DNA from: Eledone cirrhosa
Taxonomy: Eukaryota
Assembly: GCA_964016885.1 (NCBI GenBank)
Contig: CAXHJY010000993.1
Span: 36,821-100,820 of the forward strand
Length of the DNA stretch: 64,000 nt
Direction: 5' to 3'
Shown here one piece after another: positions 56,678 to 64,000 of this stretch; position 1 is the first letter of the stretch, and each line of letters opens with the position of its first letter. The position numbers were made by a program, and so were the translations under genes. The notes under the pieces are model-generated. The model searched no databases. It saw only the letters and a list, made by a program, of their open reading frames with translations, and was not told the origin of the DNA.

Positions 56678-58880
56678 GCTCAAGTATTAATGTAAGGGAG
56701 ATATATAGAGAGACATAGAGAGATATAGAGAGAGAAAAATTTAAAAATAGCCAGACATATTCGAGGCGTAGAAAACCCTATGTTTTAATGTATTAGTATT
56801 TATAAAACTTACACTATATTGTAAATATCAGTATTCCTGAATGAAACAAGTATTCACAATGCGTATACAATTGTAATGTTAATACTGACTCTAATTCTTT
56901 TAACTACGTCGGTTCCACATCGACGGAATTTAAACTTCGCTATAATAACCACAAGAATTCTTTCACAGATCCAAATAAAAAAATCTTCAACGGCACTATC
57001 AGGTGTACTCTGGCAACTTAAGTTAGATAACGTTAGATATTCGACGGCTTGGAATATAGTCTCAAGAGGGATTCCTTTTAATTCATCCTCTGAGACATGT
57101 GACCTCTGCGCAGAGGAGATATTCTTTATACTAAAATCTAAAAATTCCCTTAACTTACGGACAAATTTATTCAGTTGTTGCAAACATAGATTAAACTCAA
57201 CGTTTAAATATAAATTTAAATTTAAAATGTAGTATATTTAGTTTGATTTATATTTATATGAGAACTAGCCGATAAATCTTTTGATTCCTAAATCTTTGAT
57301 TCCCTCTTTTTACTCTTTTTATTGTTTATTTTATTTTATTTATTTTTATTTTTATTTTTATTTTTATTTTTATTTTTATTTTTATTTTTATCTAAACATT
57401 CCTCATGAAAAATTAAGCTACCCTAAAAGCCGATGCTCCAAATTTTCTGAATTAACCTTACACTTGATAAACTTATATATTAAATATAGGAACATATGTA
57501 GACATTATTGGACATCATAATCTTTTTTGCGATATTCCTTGCTAGATGTGATTTGATAGATAATTTTTGGCTTTGTCTTGTAGTGAACTTGGCAATATAT
57601 TGTCAATTAACCTTGAAGGGTTGTTCTTTGTGGTTTATTTTTATTTTCATTTTTATTTTTATTTTTATTTTTATTTTTATTTTTATTCTTTTAGTATTGT
57701 AGTATTCTATAATATTTTTATATTTTTATTTTTTATTTTATTTTATTTTATTTTATTTTTTATTTTTAATATTTTTATATGTAAATTTTTATTTTTAATA
57801 TTTTTATATGTAAAGTTTTAATACGTAATATTTTTAATACGTAGTATTTTTAATATGCAATATTTTTATTATGTAATATTCTTTCGTAATATTCTTTTTT
57901 TTTTAGTTTTCTATTCTATATTTTTATATTTTTATATATTTTTACTTATTATCATTATTATTGTTATCTCTGCTTATAATATATTATATATTTTCGATTA
58001 GTATATTGAAATCTGCTCTCTATTTCTGCTTGATAGATAATCTTGTAGAGTAATCGCAAGAATAATAATACGCTCAAATTTTTATACCACATTGAGAATG
58101 TTTTCCGGTAACTTTGAATTTGCGGAGTGAATCAGTTGGATTCACATAGACATATGAATTTTTTTTAAAAAACTAAACATAAGATAATGAATTTTCACGC
58201 ATTGTGAATACTTGTTTCATTCAGGAATACTGATATTTACAATATAGAGTAAGTTTTATAAATACTAATACATTAAAACATAGGGTTTTCTACGCCTCGA
58301 ATATGTCTGGCTATTTTTAAATTTTTCTCTCTCTATATCTCTCTATGTCTCTCTATATATCTCCCTTACATTAATACTTGAGCTAAATAAATAAATAAAT
58401 AAATGCATCATTGATACACTTACTCAAAATGACCTCCCACTACCTAATTTTTCTATATCTATATTTATATATGTATCTATCTCTATTTCCTCTCTCTCTC
58501 TCTATATATATATATCTCTTTCGGTCTCTTTACATGAAGCTCTTCGCTTTATCTATTTTTCCATCTCTCTATTTTGTCCCATGCATTTCTTCTTTTTTTT
58601 TCTTCTTTTTCTTCCTTTTCTTCGTTTTGTCTTTCTTTCTTTCTTATTTCCCTATTTTCTCTCTCTCTTTCTTTCTCTCTGTATTTTCACTGCTAAAGTG
58701 AACCTCTTCAAATGAAGTTGATGTTTATTACGGTATGTCGAATATATTTATCTATAAAACTGTTTATATTGTATTTTGTCTGATGAAGGCATAGCATATT
58801 GTTAATATGATATCCCCGAAATATATATAATGAAATAAATATGGTTTTATAAATATAGTTTTCCATTTATTTAATATTGT
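56079..58880. mobile_element. Penelope-like element with ~700-bp inverted pseudo-LTRs and GIY-YIG C-terminal remnant
   Basis: 56165-56864 is the reverse complement of 58197-58880. ORF 56876-57232 (STALSGVLWQLK...CDLCAEEIFFI...LNLRTNLFSCCKHR) is a PLE endonuclease C-terminus. Confidence 0.9.
58772..58837 (+). ncRNA. Minimal type I hammerhead in the pseudo-LTR (mirror copy on - at ~56208-56275)
   Basis: tattttgt CTGATGA agg..catatt gtt aatatg..ccc GAAA T ATAT A TA|atgaaata. Helix I is 8 bp with 2 GU pairs and loop III is palindromic. Confidence 0.7.
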
Positions 58881-58968
58881 ATATATATATATATATACAT
58901 ATATAAATATATATATAAATATATATATACATATATAAATATATATATACATATATAAATATATATAC

Positions 58969-59013
<45 letters not shown>

Positions 59014-59029
59014 TATATATACATATATA

Positions 59030-59065
<36 letters not shown>

Positions 59066-59066
59066 C

Positions 59067-59141
<75 letters not shown>

Positions 59142-59230
59142 TAAATATATATATATATATACATATATAAATATATATATACATATATAAATATATATAT
59201 AAATATATATATACATATATAAATATATAT

Positions 59231-59265
<35 letters not shown>

Positions 59266-59421
59266 CATATATAAATATATATATACATATATATATATAT
59301 GCATATATAATATATATATACATATATAAATATATATATACATATATAAATATATATATACATATATAAATATATATATACATATATAAATATATATATA
59401 TATATATAAATATATATATAC

Positions 59422-59460
<39 letters not shown>

Positions 59461-59529
59461 TAAATATATATATACATATATAAATATATATATATATATA
59501 CATATATAAATATATATATATATATACAT

Positions 59530-59560
<31 letters not shown>

Positions 59561-59625
59561 TAAATATATATATATACATATATAAATATATATATATATA
59601 CATATATAAATATATATATATATAC

Positions 59626-59656
<31 letters not shown>

Positions 59657-59705
59657 CATATATAAATATATATATATATACATATATAAATATATATATA
59701 TATAC

Positions 59706-59738
<33 letters not shown>

Positions 59739-59813
59739 AATATATATATATATACATATATAAATATATATATATATATACATATATAAATATATATATA
59801 CATATATAAATAT

Positions 59814-59886
<73 letters not shown>

Positions 59887-59894
59887 CATATATA

Positions 59895-59954
<60 letters not shown>

Positions 59955-59983
59955 CATATATAAATATATATATATATATACAT

Positions 59984-60014
<31 letters not shown>

Positions 60015-60043
60015 TAATATATATATATATATATACATATATA

Positions 60044-60087
<44 letters not shown>

Positions 60088-60492
60088 AATATATACATAT
60101 ATAAATATATATACATATATAAATATATATATATATATACATATATAAATATATATATATATACATATATAAATATATATATATATACATATATAAATAT
60201 ATATATATATACATATATAAATATATATATATATATACATATATAAATATATATATATATACATATAAATATATATATATATATACATATATAAATATAT
60301 ATATATATATACATATATAAATATATATATATATACATATATAAATATATATATATATAAACATATATAAATATATATATATATATACATATATAAATAT
60401 ATATATATATACATATATAAATATATATATATATATACATATATAAATATATATATATATACATATATAAATATATATATACATATATATAC

Positions 60493-60523
<31 letters not shown>

Positions 60524-60524
60524 A

Positions 60525-60556
<32 letters not shown>

Positions 60557-60566
60557 GCATATATAA

Positions 60567-60598
<32 letters not shown>

Positions 60599-60694
60599 GC
60601 ATATATAAATATATATATACATATATAAATATATATATACATATATAAATATATATATACATATATAAATATATATATATAAATATAAATATAC

Positions 60695-60725
<31 letters not shown>

Positions 60726-60728
60726 CAT

Positions 60729-60759
<31 letters not shown>

Positions 60760-60776
60760 TAAATATATATATACAT

Positions 60777-60807
<31 letters not shown>

Positions 60808-60896
60808 TAAATATATATATATATACATATATAAATATATATATATATACATATATAAATATATATATATATATATATAAATATATATATATATAC

Positions 60897-60937
<41 letters not shown>

Positions 60938-61084
60938 TATATATATACATATATAAATATATATATATATATATATAAATATATATATATACATATATAA
61001 ATATATATATATACATATATAAATATATATATATACATATATAAATATATATATATATACATATATAAATATATATATATATAC

Positions 61085-61123
<39 letters not shown>

Positions 61124-61359
61124 TATATATATACATATATAAATTATATATATATACATATATAAATATATATATATACATATATAAATATATATATATA
61201 TATACATATATAAATATATATATATATATACATATATAAATATATATATATATATACATATATAAATATATATATATACATATATAAATATATATATATA
61301 CATATATAAATATATATATATAAATATATATATATAAATATATATATACATATATAAAT

Positions 61360-61412
<53 letters not shown>

Positions 61413-61511
61413 CATATATAAATATATATATATATACATATATAAATATATATATATATATACATATATAAATATATATATATACATATATAAATATATA
61501 TATATATATAC

Positions 61512-61608
<97 letters not shown>

Positions 61609-61671
61609 TAAATATATATACATATATAAATATATATATATATATACATATATAAATATATATATATATAC

Positions 61672-61736
<65 letters not shown>

Positions 61737-61898
61737 CATATATAAATATATATATATATACATATATAAATATATATATATATACATATATAAATATATA
61801 TATATATATATATACATATATAAATATATATATATATATACATATATAAATATATATATATATATACATATATAAATATGTATATATATACATATATA

Positions 61899-61956
<58 letters not shown>

Positions 61957-62043
61957 TAAATATATATATATATATACATATATAAATATATATATATATA
62001 TACATATATAAATATATATATATATATACATAAATATATATAT
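58881..62043. repeat. 3.2-kb (TA)n-derived minisatellite
   Basis: Same unit as 55700-56078 and 63534-64000. Confidence 0.95.
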
Positions 62044-63533
62044 GATGGCGTCGTCGGACGCTGGACGGAGGGCCCGGTGAAGTTGCTCGGGGTCTGGTTC
62101 GGACCGGACCTCCAGGTGGAGAAAAACTGGGCGGAGGTTACGAACAGAGTGTTTGCACTGACCCAGAAGTGGGCCAGTTGCAAACTATCCCTGAAAGGTC
62201 GGGCGGAGGTGGCGAACACCTACATAGCGTCCGTCATATACTACCGCCTGACCGTAGTGCCCTGCCCAAGGAAACCCCTCACCAAGATGGAGCGCGCGCT
62301 CTTCCAATTCCTTTGGAAGAGGCGGGCTCCTATGGTGAGGAGATCCATCTGCTGTCAACACCCTTCGAAAGGAGGGCTGGGGATGCCGTGGCTAATGATG
62401 CGTAAACACGCATTAAGGCTACGGCACCTCTACGTATTCCTCACCGGACAACCGGTGTGGGCCTCGTTTGTGAGACGAACCTTTCCCAGACTCGTCTCAC
62501 TCACCGAGCTGCAATCCCTGGGTCAAGCAAAGACCGAGAAAACTGGGCGCCTGGCACACTGAGTGTGCCCAGGCGCTCACCGCCCTCTGGCAGGCGGATC
62601 CGGTTATCAGTGGAGACTCCACCCGCAACATTCTATAGAGGGCTGGTACGCAGCAGGTGCGACGACGCCCTCGGAGAAGCCCTAGACATGGAGGAGGACG
62701 AACTGGCCAGCCTGTTCGGTAGGACATTCAGCCCGGGACCTATGGACAACTTCCAGAAGTCCCTGGCCTGGCAGTGCTACCGAGGGGCTTTACCCGTTCG
62801 AGAAAGGCTCTACAGACACGGGCGCCCGGGTAGGGACCCCGCCAAAAAGATCTGTCCCAGATGCGTGTGCGACGAGGAAACCGTTGCATACGCATTGGTA
62901 CACTGCTCGGGCGTAGCCGATCTGTGGGGCTATGTCGAACAACTGCTGTCAAGGGTGGGACCGATCCGGTTGACCACCGAGTCTATTGTAATGATCAAGC
63001 CGCCTCCCCCCTTCAAAGATGAAGCAGAGGCGGTGTTTCTGTGCGTAATAGCCATGGCGAAAGAGGTTGTATGGTGGACGCGTCTGAAAGGACTGAGGTC
63101 AGGCACCTTTCTCTCTGGCCAACAACTGGTCCGTTTCTTCCGATATCATTTCGGAAGAAGGATCAGGATGGAGAGAGAGGTGCTGCACCCCAGCCGTTTC
63201 TATGAAAGATGGGTGAAAGTGGCGAGAATGGCCCGTGTGAATGGGCCTTCACTCTACATCAGACTATAGGTGAGGAAGATGAAAGACCAAGGGAGCACCC
63301 CTTCTCTGTGCTCCTGAGGAGAAGGGTTGCACACTTTTTCGGGGGTGTGTGCGACCCCCCCCAAGGCGCCTCCTCTCTATTGAGGATTTTGTTATAAAAT
63401 TTTATTTTTTGTTATATCTTATTTTATTTTTATATTTTGTTATTGCCTCCTTCTTATTGAGGACGCCTTTTTGTGTAAACTCCCCCCTTTGTACTTGTCC
63501 CACTTTTGCTGCCCTAGTGGCAAATAAAAGAAA
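62044..63533 (+). mobile_element. 5'-truncated L1/Tx1-clade LINE inserted in TA satellite
   Basis: [27 protein letters not shown] and zinc finger CPRCVCDEETVAYALVHC. One frameshift near 62520; 3' UTR ends AATAAAAGAAAC. Confidence 0.92.

Positions 63534-64000
<467 letters not shown>

Noticed and set aside
58764-62219. ORFs of 700-1150 aa
   Set aside because: These are translations of TA satellite.

Overview
This is repeat-dense, AT-rich eukaryotic non-coding DNA. It is most likely cephalopod (Octopus-like), inferred from the tRNA-derived SINE family and the microsatellite load. I can support no host gene, rRNA, tRNA or CRISPR array. The window is a mosaic of retroelement remnants (CR1-group, RTE, R4/Dong, CRE-like, L1/Tx1, Gypsy, several Penelope-like elements or PLEs), DNA-transposon derivatives (mariner, DD41D, piggyBac-, hAT- and TA-TSD MITEs), SINEs and long micro/minisatellites. 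Most long ORFs in the track are translations of simple repeats. The most interesting signal is a set of at least six apparently distinct families of short non-coding elements carrying type I hammerhead ribozyme motifs (CTGANGA...GAAA...NUH). They are nearly always beside (TA)n/(CA)n tracts and often built as inverted duplications. In several of them the fold-back point falls inside or within a few nt of the hammerhead (26.9, 35.6, 37.9, 42.1 kb). A ~400-nt structured hammerhead unit at 49.3-49.8 kb and a young 2.8-kb PLE with ~700-bp inverted hammerhead-bearing arms at 56.1-58.9 kb link them to Penelope-type retrotransposition. All folds and family assignments were made by eye, and coordinates of decayed elements are approximate.
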